DNA of 64,000 nucleotides from an uncultured Methanosarcinales archaeon (GCA_964441565.1 CAYTWW010000010.1:3637-67636), one strand, 5' to 3'. Shown: positions 27,250 through 35,811, counted from the stretch's first letter. Numbers and translations are program-made. The notes: generated by a model not told the origin, from the sequence alone.

Positions 27250-28709
27250 CGCTTATCAGATGAATTGTTATTCTTTATTATCTTTTTGATTTTTTCCTTC
27301 TCAATACTCGCAGGAGGTATACCAAGGAATCCCGAAAGCTGTGAGATAACCTCGGCTGCTACAACATCTGCCTGCTTCTCTTTATAGATGAAGAATAGCA
27401 GTAGGTCCCTGGACTTGTCCGCCCCTGTCTTCTCGAATACTCTCATCAAGGCGTAAGCTGAGAAACCATAAGAGAGATTGTTTCCTTCCTGGGCGCTTAT
27501 CTCATCGCTTGTGAAGAATCCGTTGGAATCTGTCCTAGATATCACGTTGTCACAGATGAATCTCCCTAGCTTCCAGGTCAAGGGATTGTCTTTTCTGAAG
27601 AATCCTGACAGTCCCCTGATAGTGTACAGGACAGCATACATATTGTTCTTCTGGATATTCCTGTTTGACACACCTTCTATCTTCACTGCCCCTATCCGCT
27701 CATAATTCAGCTTGCTTATCTTGCGTCTCATCAGCTCTTTCCTGATTGTCTCCTTGACAGCTTTAATACCAATATTTCTGGGAACAGTCTCTTCTGCCTT
27801 AAGCAGATTATACCTCAGGTCAAGTGAGCATCCTTGAACAATCAACTGGTTGCTGGTCTTTGGGTTATGCCTTTCAACAAGATTGAGAGAGAAATTCCTC
27901 ATCGTCTTCAAGACAGATGGATTCCTGTTCTCAATTATCTGGATAGGGTCTTCCAATTCATATACATCCCTAAGAAATTCGTTGAATTTTATCTGTTTTA
28001 TATCCTTCGTGGAATCATAGAGCTTCTTGAATATCTCGATGAACTTATAACTGTAATAGACTTCATATACTGCTGTGGGGTACAGCCAGATCTCCCTTGA
28101 CTTCTCGAACTCGACATCGAGGAGCACATCAATGGGAGAGTCCTTATAAAAATCTCTGATCCACCTGTCAATTGGTGTGTTGCCTTCGCTGATGAAGAAT
28201 GCCCGTGCCTTCAGTTTCTTGAGCTCAAGTATCAACTCAGTCTCCCTGGTAGGATATGCAAGGGCATAGTAACAGTGCGGCAGATGATAGTAGATCCGCC
28301 TTTCACACTCAGGGATGGAAGACATCTCCTTGAGGAGTCCCTGTCTCAACCCATAATAGTAATCATCGAACTCCTTCAGGCTCCTTAGAAGTATATTCTT
28401 GACGAATTTAGTATCTGGTTCATCAGGCACTTTGTTCTCAAATGATGAGATGAATCTCTTGATATTCTCTATCCAGGCCTTGTCGATTGAATAAAGATTG
28501 CGATCCTGTCTGATGACATTTTGGCTGAGGAGCTGCTTCACCAGCTTGTGAACACCCTGATAGGTGATGTTCATCGCATACTGCTTCTTCAACAGGAAGT
28601 GGATCTTCTTGGTTGGCAATTCTCCCTCGTGTATCAGCAGATTGATTATCTTATCTTTTGTTGAACCTGTCAAAGGGTTCGTATCCGGGAGCAGAGGCGC
28701 TTCTTGCAT
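27246..28709 (-). CDS. hypothetical 487-aa protein with N-terminal winged-helix, encoded on an AT-rich island
   Basis: N-terminus KDKIINLLIHEGELPTKKIHFLL...GVHKLVKQLL is wHTH-like. The rest is unrecognisable. The DNA is about 35% GC. Confidence 0.5.
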   Translation of the reverse strand: MQEAPLLPDTNPLTGSTKDKIINLLIHEGELPTKKIHFLLKKQYAMNITYQGVHKLVKQLLSQNVIRQDRNLYSIDKAWIENIKRFISSFENKVPDEPDTKFVKNILLRSLKEFDDYYYGLRQGLLKEMSSIPECERRIYYHLPHCYYALAYPTRETELILELKKLKARAFFISEGNTPIDRWIRDFYKDSPIDVLLDVEFEKSREIWLYPTAVYEVYYSYKFIEIFKKLYDSTKDIKQIKFNEFLRDVYELEDPIQIIENRNPSVLKTMRNFSLNLVERHNPKTSNQLIVQGCSLDLRYNLLKAEETVPRNIGIKAVKETIRKELMRRKISKLNYERIGAVKIEGVSNRNIQKNNMYAVLYTIRGLSGFFRKDNPLTWKLGRFICDNVISRTDSNGFFTSDEISAQEGNNLSYGFSAYALMRVFEKTGADKSRDLLLFFIYKEKQADVVAAEVISQLSGFLGIPPASIEKEKIKKIIKNNNSSDKR

Positions 28710-28790
28710 TTGACCCTATTTATTTCATCTAAATTTAAACTTTTTGGTTGCTTGACGTGTAGTAAACTCAAGGGTTTAAAACAATAAAAC

Positions 28791-28805
28791 GATATATATA
28801 TATAG
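28791..28805 (+). promoter_or_regulatory. TATA box upstream of tfe
   Basis: GATATATATATATAGG about 65-80 nt upstream of the tfe ATG. Confidence 0.4.
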
Positions 28806-28869
28806 GCTGCAGACGTAGAAATTTCATTCGGGGGTGTAACAGAGCTGTTACACCAATAAAGGTGCAACC

Positions 28870-29373
28870 ATGAGAATCAAAAGGGATATACTTGAGAAGA
28901 CAGCGACAGAATTTGTTGGAGAAGAGGCTATCCCGCTTATCGAATACCTCCTGGATAAGGAGAACATCTCTGAATTCGTGATCGCACAGAAGACGAAGAC
29001 TGAGATCCATCTTGTCAGGAACATCATGTACAGGCTCAACAACTACAGCCTCGCCACATACATCCGAAAGAAGGACAGGATAAAAGGCTGGTATATCAGC
29101 TACTGGAGCCTTGCTCCGAAGAGGTTCAAGGAGCTCTATAAGGAAGCCCAGCAGAACAAGGTCGTCAAGCTCAAGGAGAAGCTGAAGAAAGAGCAGGAGT
29201 GCAGGGACGGGCTCTTCATATGCCCACAGCTGTGCTCAAGAGTGTCATTCGAGGACGCTATGGAGCTTTCTTTCAAATGCCCTGAGTGCGGAAGGATCCT
29301 GAACCATCAGGACAACACGAGGACCATCGAGCATCTCAAGGAGATGATCGAGAGCGCAGAAGCTTTTGTCTAA
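28870..29373 (+). CDS. tfe: transcription factor E (TFIIE alpha homologue)
   Basis: Winged-helix N-terminus followed by FICPQLCSRVSFEDAMELSFKCPECG zinc ribbon. This closely parallels archaeal TFE. Confidence 0.75.
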   Translation: MRIKRDILEKTATEFVGEEAIPLIEYLLDKENISEFVIAQKTKTEIHLVRNIMYRLNNYSLATYIRKKDRIKGWYISYWSLAPKRFKELYKEAQQNKVVKLKEKLKKEQECRDGLFICPQLCSRVSFEDAMELSFKCPECGRILNHQDNTRTIEHLKEMIESAEAFV

Positions 29374-29876
29374 GGGCAATAAAGCCCGTTCAGCTCTGCA
29401 TAATTTCTTTCTATCATCGGCGGATGCCCGGATATCTTCCTTATCAGCCGACCAGGCCTATCGCTGAAAAGGATGTCGAGGGTCTTTAGCTGCTGCCAGG
29501 TCGCTTTAAGGAGGGAATCCCAATCATCACCGTTAGCAGGGATGCAATCAAGATATTGGGCTGCTTCCCGTATAGATGTGTAGCTTCTGATGATATCCTC
29601 GGCATATCCTGGGGCAGGCATGCCATTGAGAGCATCCCTGAATGTCACATCGAACTTAGTAGCAGCCTGCTTCAAATTGAGCAGGACACCCTCTAAGCCA
29701 GGATCATCAATCTGATAGATCCTGCCATCAAGGAACAAGTCAGCATACCCTATGATATGTCCAGTCAGATCGACAGCATTGATATCATATGATCCACGAG
29801 TTGTCAACTTCCTCTTCAGCCTTTCAGCATGTCCATCCTGGAAGAAAGCTGAGACATTGGCAGCATCAAGCATCAA
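29370..29876 (-). CDS. hypothetical protein (168 aa)
   Basis: ORF with typical codon usage and no recognisable motif. Confidence 0.45.
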   Translation of the reverse strand: MMLDAANVSAFFQDGHAERLKRKLTTRGSYDINAVDLTGHIIGYADLFLDGRIYQIDDPGLEGVLLNLKQAATKFDVTFRDALNGMPAPGYAEDIIRSYTSIREAAQYLDCIPANGDDWDSLLKATWQQLKTLDILFSDRPGRLIRKISGHPPMIERNYAELNGLYCP

Positions 29877-29941
29877 CAGGAGAAGATTTGCAACAAAATA
29901 AAAATTTTTTCAATTTTTCTGGCAAAAAGTGAAACAAACTG

Positions 29942-31273
29942 TCATGAGCGGATAAGCGCAAGCACCTCATCGCGCTTCTGTTCCATCAGGACTTTGGAAT
30001 CTGCTTCTAGATTCAGCCTCAATAGCGGCTCGGTATTGCTCGGACGGACATTGACCCACCAGTCGCTGAAGACGACGCTGACACCGTCAAGACGGATGAT
30101 CTTACCACCTGAGTACTTCTCCTCCAGCTTTTTCATCGCTGCATCCTTATCCTCTACTTTGGAGTTTATCTCTCCGGAAGCGAAGTACTTGTTGAAAGGA
30201 GCGATTATCTGGGAGAGGGACTCTTTCCTCTGAGCCATCTCCTCGAGTATCTTGAGGGTGACGAAGAGAGGACTCTCGAAGAAATTGTTCCCCTTGAAGT
30301 AGAAGTGTCCTGACAGCTCGCCTGCGAAGACAGCATCCTCCTCCCTCATCTGCGCCTTGATGAATGCATGTCCGACCCTGCACATCTTGGCAGTCCCCCC
30401 GTTCTCTTCGACTACCTCCTTGACGACCTTGCTGGACCTCAGGTCATACAAGAATGTCGAGGAAGGCATCTCGGTGAGGAGCCTTCTCGCAACAAGAGCG
30501 GTTATCTTGTCGCAGCTGATCACCTGGGCATGCTCATCCAGGAAGAAGAGCCTGTCTGCATCTCCGTCGAAGGCGATACCCATGTCTGCTCTCTTGAGCT
30601 TGATCATCTTCCTTATGTCCTCAAGAGTCTCCTCCTTCAGAGGATTCGCCTCATGGTTCGGGAAGGTCCCATCCATGTCCTCATACATGTAAGTTACATC
30701 AGCCTTGACATGCTCGAAGAACTTGCGGGCGATGAGAGCACCCATGCCATTTCCTGTATCTACGACAATCCTGTACCTCGGTATCTGGTCGACTGTCCTG
30801 AAGGCGAGGGCATTGAGGATATATTCATCCAGGATGTCTGAGCGCTGCTTTATCTCCCCCTGGCCGGCAGGAGCTGGGAACTCTCCTGAGAGGACCATCT
30901 TCTCAATCTCTTTTATGCCGGTGTCGCCTGAGATAGGGATAGCCTGCTCCCTCACCAGCTTGAACCCATTGTATTCCTTAGGGTTATGGGAGGCTGTGAT
31001 CATGATGCCTGAATCATAGCCGAATTTTGCCACCGTGAAATACATCATGGGAGTAGTTGCAAGCCCTATGGCTATCACATCTGCCCCCTGCTTGAGTATG
31101 CCCTGGATGAGCGATTCCTCCAGCTCATCCGATGACTCGCGCACATCCTTTGCCACGACGACGTTCTTCACTCCGAGGAAGGCGACAAACGCTCTCCCGA
31201 TCTTGAAAGCAAGCTCCTTGTCCAGCTGGTCAGGGTAAGTCCCCCTTATATCATATGCTTTGAATATTGACAT
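29942..31273 (-). CDS. phosphoglucomutase/phosphomannomutase (phosphohexomutase family)
   Basis: MSIFKAYDIRGTYPDQL and TASHNPKEYNGFK are the active-site serine-loop signatures. Confidence 0.85.
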   Translation of the reverse strand: MSIFKAYDIRGTYPDQLDKELAFKIGRAFVAFLGVKNVVVAKDVRESSDELEESLIQGILKQGADVIAIGLATTPMMYFTVAKFGYDSGIMITASHNPKEYNGFKLVREQAIPISGDTGIKEIEKMVLSGEFPAPAGQGEIKQRSDILDEYILNALAFRTVDQIPRYRIVVDTGNGMGALIARKFFEHVKADVTYMYEDMDGTFPNHEANPLKEETLEDIRKMIKLKRADMGIAFDGDADRLFFLDEHAQVISCDKITALVARRLLTEMPSSTFLYDLRSSKVVKEVVEENGGTAKMCRVGHAFIKAQMREEDAVFAGELSGHFYFKGNNFFESPLFVTLKILEEMAQRKESLSQIIAPFNKYFASGEINSKVEDKDAAMKKLEEKYSGGKIIRLDGVSVVFSDWWVNVRPSNTEPLLRLNLEADSKVLMEQKRDEVLALIRS

Positions 31274-31384
31274 AAGTGTTTGCCGGCATGGATAGTATAA
31301 ATAGATTGCGCAAATAAGTGATAAATATGTACATAGTCTCTTAGAAGTGGTAAAGTTTATTAATAATCAGTAAAGCCATCTGAA

Positions 31385-33700
31385 ATGCCAACAAAAGGAG
31401 ACATCTTCGAACCTGCTGGAGAACTATTAGATATCCTCCGTCTGCGTGATCCGGTTGCACTTGAAACCCTGTATCAGAGACTAGGTATTGACCAGGAGAC
31501 CCCTTATGAAGAAGTCGCGACAGCAGTCAAGAAAACACTCATACCCGATGAAAACAGCATCAGATCCAGGAAGGATCTAGAGCAGAAACTGGATGTATTC
31601 ACGGAGATTGAAGCGTTCCTGGCAGTCGGGCTGACCGGAAGGAAAGATGGACTTGATGTCTCCCAGAGAGAAAAGCTTCTCTACATAATCGATGACCTTA
31701 CTGATATGTTGTGTTGGATGAGAGGCGTCAATCCTTCAAGCTGGGAGCAGCAAGGGCTGGAGAGAAGATACCAGGAATTGCGTGGTAAGATGTCGGGTTA
31801 TATCAGCCAGGAAATGAAGGACCTTGAAGGACCATTCTACAGTTCTCCCCTCATTAAGAAGCTGTTGGCTGAAGGAAAACTCAATGATGACACGACTCCG
31901 CTTATGCCTGCTCTCATGAATATGCATATACCTAAATTCACTGGAGCCGGTCTTGAAGCGATCTCCAGATTGGATGAATATGACAGGGAAGCGGCATTCG
32001 CAGCAATGACAGGATTCCAGAATCTGGCACCCTCAAGAGAATCCTGGAGATTCACTGAGCTTCCGATAAACATGTCCGGACCCGTCACTGAGGCAAGAGT
32101 CACTGAAGCGCAGATAGAAAGGGAGGAAATCCAATATATCATCCCTAATACCGTCCTTGAAAGATTAGCATATCTGGGGAATCTCTCGCATGCGGTGAGA
32201 TCTGGTTTGGAACTGAGTGCTGAGGCGAAAGAGCTTGTGGCAAGGATCGGCAAGCGTGAACTGGAGATCCTGGACACAACAATAAATGAACTCAATCTTT
32301 ACATCCATAAAGTCCATGAGATACTTGGAGATTATGGTCGGCTCAGACCATCTGATACCGGAAGGTTCGATCCTAGGGAACTGCAGGGGATCTTTCTTCA
32401 AGACATGGTCGCAGGCATAGACACATCACTCGTCGATCTAAGGAGAGTGGAGCGAGAGGACGAGCTTGCGCGTCTGTATTCTGATCTTTATCGCATGGTA
32501 GGACCTATACAGGAAGTGTATTCAGGCAGCGTCCTAATGCCAAAGTTCATGGCATGGCAACCTAAGGTCAAACAGGGAGAGGATCTCACCCCTGCCGAAG
32601 CTAGGCTTGCAAAAACCAATTACTTCACTCTTGCTTGCGAACAGCTCGGCTTGAGGCCTGAGGATATGGGAGTCTCTGGTCCTGGACTGGAAGAGACACT
32701 CAGAGCAGTGAAGGAGGCGAAGACCGAGCTTGCAAAGGTCGCAGTCATGGAGAGAAAGCAGCTTGTCTTCGATTCTATATACGATAAACTGATGGATGCT
32801 TCGTATGATCCGAAGTCACTAGAAGCTATCGGTCAACTAATCGAACATGATAAGCAGCTCAGTAGCCTGGAAAGCCTTGTCTATTCAACTGGCAGGGAAG
32901 TAGATCTATTCAGAAGCACTCAGGCAAGAGAACGACTGAGAGAGCAAGGTAAAGCTGTAGCAACAGCATACCTTGACGAGATGAGCCAAAGATTTGAGAG
33001 AGGGAACCTCAATGCTTCCCGGGAGCTTATCGATAAGGTGACAAAGGCTGCCGAGTATTCAGGAAGGACTGAGGATTATCAGCTGCTGGAGAGATTGAGG
33101 GAGAGACTTGATGTGATGAACGATGTGCTGAGGAATATGAGGTCCTTTGGCTCCGAAAAAAGTTTTGCCACCCTCAGCTTTCGTAGTGCTCCTGGTTCAT
33201 CCTCACCACCCCTGGGAGAGTATTCCAATCAATTCACACAAGCCATATCTGCCCCAGTGGGCTATGAGCAGTCAGTCGAACCCTCTACAGGAGATTCCTC
33301 AAGGATCAGGGAAGGAGCCAGGCTCAACTACCATGCGACGATATTCGCAGCTGTCCAGATAGCTATAGCAGCTGCTGAAGCATCTGGCAGTACGATCTGG
33401 CTTGATCCCGAGACAAGAAATGCTCAGAGCATGCCCATGGAAGAAGGTGAAGTGAGGGATTGCATCGGTATGCTTTCCTCAGGTCGCGCGTATAATGTAC
33501 GTGGCAGTCCGTTCGCTGGCAACCAAGAATACTGGGAAAAAGGATTAAGATATGATCTGGGCCAATCCATCTATCTCTGTCTGACACAGCTCGGCAGACC
33601 TGGAAGCGGCCTTGCTGAAGATGGGTCCGGAACCAGGACGCTAGTAGTGGTCGCAGAAAGGACACCAAGCGGATATGAACGATTCATATCCTCGAGATGA
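31385..33700 (+). CDS. large hypothetical protein (771 aa)
   Basis: Long uninterrupted ORF, mostly helical. No motif recognised. Confidence 0.55.
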   Translation: MPTKGDIFEPAGELLDILRLRDPVALETLYQRLGIDQETPYEEVATAVKKTLIPDENSIRSRKDLEQKLDVFTEIEAFLAVGLTGRKDGLDVSQREKLLYIIDDLTDMLCWMRGVNPSSWEQQGLERRYQELRGKMSGYISQEMKDLEGPFYSSPLIKKLLAEGKLNDDTTPLMPALMNMHIPKFTGAGLEAISRLDEYDREAAFAAMTGFQNLAPSRESWRFTELPINMSGPVTEARVTEAQIEREEIQYIIPNTVLERLAYLGNLSHAVRSGLELSAEAKELVARIGKRELEILDTTINELNLYIHKVHEILGDYGRLRPSDTGRFDPRELQGIFLQDMVAGIDTSLVDLRRVEREDELARLYSDLYRMVGPIQEVYSGSVLMPKFMAWQPKVKQGEDLTPAEARLAKTNYFTLACEQLGLRPEDMGVSGPGLEETLRAVKEAKTELAKVAVMERKQLVFDSIYDKLMDASYDPKSLEAIGQLIEHDKQLSSLESLVYSTGREVDLFRSTQARERLREQGKAVATAYLDEMSQRFERGNLNASRELIDKVTKAAEYSGRTEDYQLLERLRERLDVMNDVLRNMRSFGSEKSFATLSFRSAPGSSSPPLGEYSNQFTQAISAPVGYEQSVEPSTGDSSRIREGARLNYHATIFAAVQIAIAAAEASGSTIWLDPETRNAQSMPMEEGEVRDCIGMLSSGRAYNVRGSPFAGNQEYWEKGLRYDLGQSIYLCLTQLGRPGSGLAEDGSGTRTLVVVAERTPSGYERFISSR

Positions 33701-34121
33701 CCATGCGCTCCTGTATCTGCATCTCAGATATCATGTTCCTGGCTTTCAGCCTGTCGATGTACCTGTAGAATGTGGCTTTTGAGCACATGTGCTCATTATC
33801 GACGACAATCTCCTTCATCTCAGCCACAGATAAGTTGCTGAAGGAAGCAAGCTCAAGGACCCTGCTGCGTATGATCGCCTTCTTGCTGCGGTTTATCTTC
33901 TTGATCATGCGATCGCTGAAAGTGTCCTTCTTTCCGATAGCCGCGACAGTCTCCATGACAATCTTCTTTATCTGCTCTTCTGTTAGGGCTGCTGCAGGAG
34001 GAGATCTCCTGACCTCCTCAAGCTCTCTGCTTAGGCGGGTGATATCTTCCTTTATCTTCTGGAAGGACTCAATAAGAGCATCTCTGTTGATCTCACCCCC
34101 CGCTGGCATGCTTCTGACCAA
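33684..34121 (-). CDS. putative winged-helix transcriptional regulator (145 aa)
   Basis: C-terminal CSKATFYRYIDRLKARNMI is a recognition-helix-like segment. It is divergent from an intergenic region rich in palindromes. Confidence 0.5.
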   Translation of the reverse strand: MVRSMPAGGEINRDALIESFQKIKEDITRLSRELEEVRRSPPAAALTEEQIKKIVMETVAAIGKKDTFSDRMIKKINRSKKAIIRSRVLELASFSNLSVAEMKEIVVDNEHMCSKATFYRYIDRLKARNMISEMQIQERMVISRI

Positions 34122-34434
34122 ATATCTGAAGCTTTATTAAATTTTCTGAGACACAATTGATACAGTCTCAATTCATAATGATACAAATATGAGACGAGAT
34201 TATACCAGAATTTCCAGTGGAAATAGGGGGGTGTCTCAGTTTTCATTTTTGAGACGATACAAATACAATATGAGACTTGTCTCATACTAAAATGAGCCAG
34301 TATTTGGTGCATGTGGAAAACTCGCTCGATCAACTGGCCAATATGGCAAAGTGCTTCAGGCAAAGGCACAAGACCCCCCTTGTGCCTGGAGCCAATCGAA
34401 AAATTATAAAAAGCGGGGAGAGTTGGGAAAAAAG

Positions 34435-34848
34435 ATGGAAAACTGCATATTCTGTAGGATCGCAAAAGGAGATATTCCTGCGCAAAAAGTATACGAAGAC
34501 AATGAGGTCATGGCGATACTCGACATCTCCCCGACTTCCCCCGGACATACTTTAGTGATACCTAAAAGACACTCTGAAAATCTCACTGAGATGGGGGAAA
34601 GAGACATCCAGTCCGTCTTCACGACAGTGAAGAAGATCGCTCCAGCAATACTTGTTGCCATGGAGGCTGATGGCTTCAATGTGGGCATGAACAACTACCC
34701 TGCAGCAGGCCAGACTGTGATGCACTCGCATGTGCACATCATCCCCAGGAAGGCAGGCGATGGCCTTATCATGTGGCCGCATAGCAAGTATCTAGAGGGA
34801 GAGATAGGAAGGATAGCAGAGAAGATCAGAAGATCTATTGAGAGTTAG
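34435..34848 (+). CDS. HIT-family (histidine triad) protein (start at internal Met MENC)
   Basis: MENCIFCRI...HSHVHIIPR histidine-triad motif. Confidence 0.8.
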   Translation: MENCIFCRIAKGDIPAQKVYEDNEVMAILDISPTSPGHTLVIPKRHSENLTEMGERDIQSVFTTVKKIAPAILVAMEADGFNVGMNNYPAAGQTVMHSHVHIIPRKAGDGLIMWPHSKYLEGEIGRIAEKIRRSIES

Positions 34849-35429
34849 GGTAGAATAGCTCCCTACAATTGCTGTCAGAGGAACTCTGAGAAATCAATAA
34901 GTTCAGCCATGTATCACTCAGTTCTCCTGTGACACTTAGGACTTCGTCCTGGTGCCACTCGATTCTCTCGTGGTTTCCGATCTTACATTTGCAACGGTGC
35001 TCAGGCCATTTCGTCCTGGCATCACTCGAAGTATCTCGTGATTCCTATCTTCGGCGTGAGCAATCTCGCTGATCGGAATTAAGGAACGTCTCTTTGTTTT
35101 TCAGGTCTCCCTTATTAGAAACATATTTTCTAGAAAAGAGATTTTCAGTTAAATGACGAAAGCTTTTCTTTACTCCCATCACCGCACAAACCGCTTGATA
35201 GGGGAGCCTCTCGCACTTCTGTTGCTGGCTTCACAGGAAGGCACTTAGGACTAGCTCCTGGTGCCACTCGCCTCGGGTCTTCTGGGAGAGCCTCGGGCGC
35301 TTTAAAAAATGACTTCAACTCGTACAGGAAATTAAATCAGACCCTGGTGCTTGGATTTACCTGTCTGTAGAACTCAGTGGCATGAATCAGAATAGAATTA
35401 ATGTAGAAAATCACGAAAAGGAAACAGAA

Positions 35430-35495
35430 TTACTTCTGGGCCTTCCTTCTTCTCTTCTCGCGCCTCATCCTCTTACGCTGCCACTTCCAGCGCAT
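35430..35495 (-). CDS. rpl41e: ribosomal protein L41e micro-ORF (21 aa), not in the ORF track
   Basis: Minus-strand ATG...TAA translates to MRWKWQRKRMRREKRRRKAQK. This aligns residue for residue with eukaryotic/archaeal L41e ([25 protein letters not shown]). Confidence 0.55.
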   Translation of the reverse strand: MRWKWQRKRMRREKRRRKAQK

Positions 35496-35592
35496 CTGGC
35501 GCTTCTTCTTCCATCTTCTTGAGCTTCTTTTCAATTTCGTACCTCTTCGGAGACCTTAGGCCTCTTACTTGACCTCCCATTTAAGGACTGAT

Positions 35593-35670
35593 ATGGCTCG
35601 GCCGGGATTACCAAGGAACTATCAGTTCCTGGGTTTCACGAACGCGAGTGAGTGAACGTTCGGATTCCGG
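35593..35670 (-). repeat. tRNA-3'-end-like fragment ending in a 17-nt exact copy of the tRNA-Glu 3' terminus
   Basis: The string atggctcggccgggatt occurs at 35592-35608 and at 35681-35697. The fragment has a T-arm-like hairpin but no matching 5' acceptor strand. Confidence 0.4.
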
Positions 35671-35681
35671 CGAAGTCAAAA

Positions 35682-35787
35682 TGGCTCGGCCGGGATTCGA
35701 ACCCGGGTCTCAGCCTCGAAAGGGCTGAATGATTGATTGTCCACAACACCTCTTTCGAGGAGCTGCTCCGGACTACACCACCGAGCC
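35682..35787 (-). tRNA. tRNA-Glu (anticodon UUC) with a ~30-nt non-canonical intron in the D-loop region
   Basis: Acceptor GGCUCGG/CCGAGCC plus discriminator A. T-arm CCGGG-UUCGAAU-CCCGG. Anticodon arm CAGCC-CUUUCGA-GGCUG. 4-nt variable loop. An extra AGCAGCUCCUCGAAAGAGGUGUUGUGGA(CAAU) is inserted after GUAGUCCGG relative to archaeal tRNA-Glu. No encoded CCA. An oligo-T follows. Confidence 0.6.
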
Positions 35788-35811
35788 AGTCACTTCTTGG
35801 AAACTCGTCCT

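Noticed and set aside
34849-35429. Possible CRISPR array suggested by repeated ~29-nt elements
   Set aside because: Only 2-3 copies with irregular spacing (about 64 and 236 nt). Copies are not identical. No cas genes. It is treated as an ncRNA candidate instead.
35382-35528. 48-aa plus-strand ORF MNQNRINVENHEKETELLLGLPSS...
   Set aside because: It is the antisense of the L41e micro-ORF and is Leu/Pro/Ser-rich low complexity.
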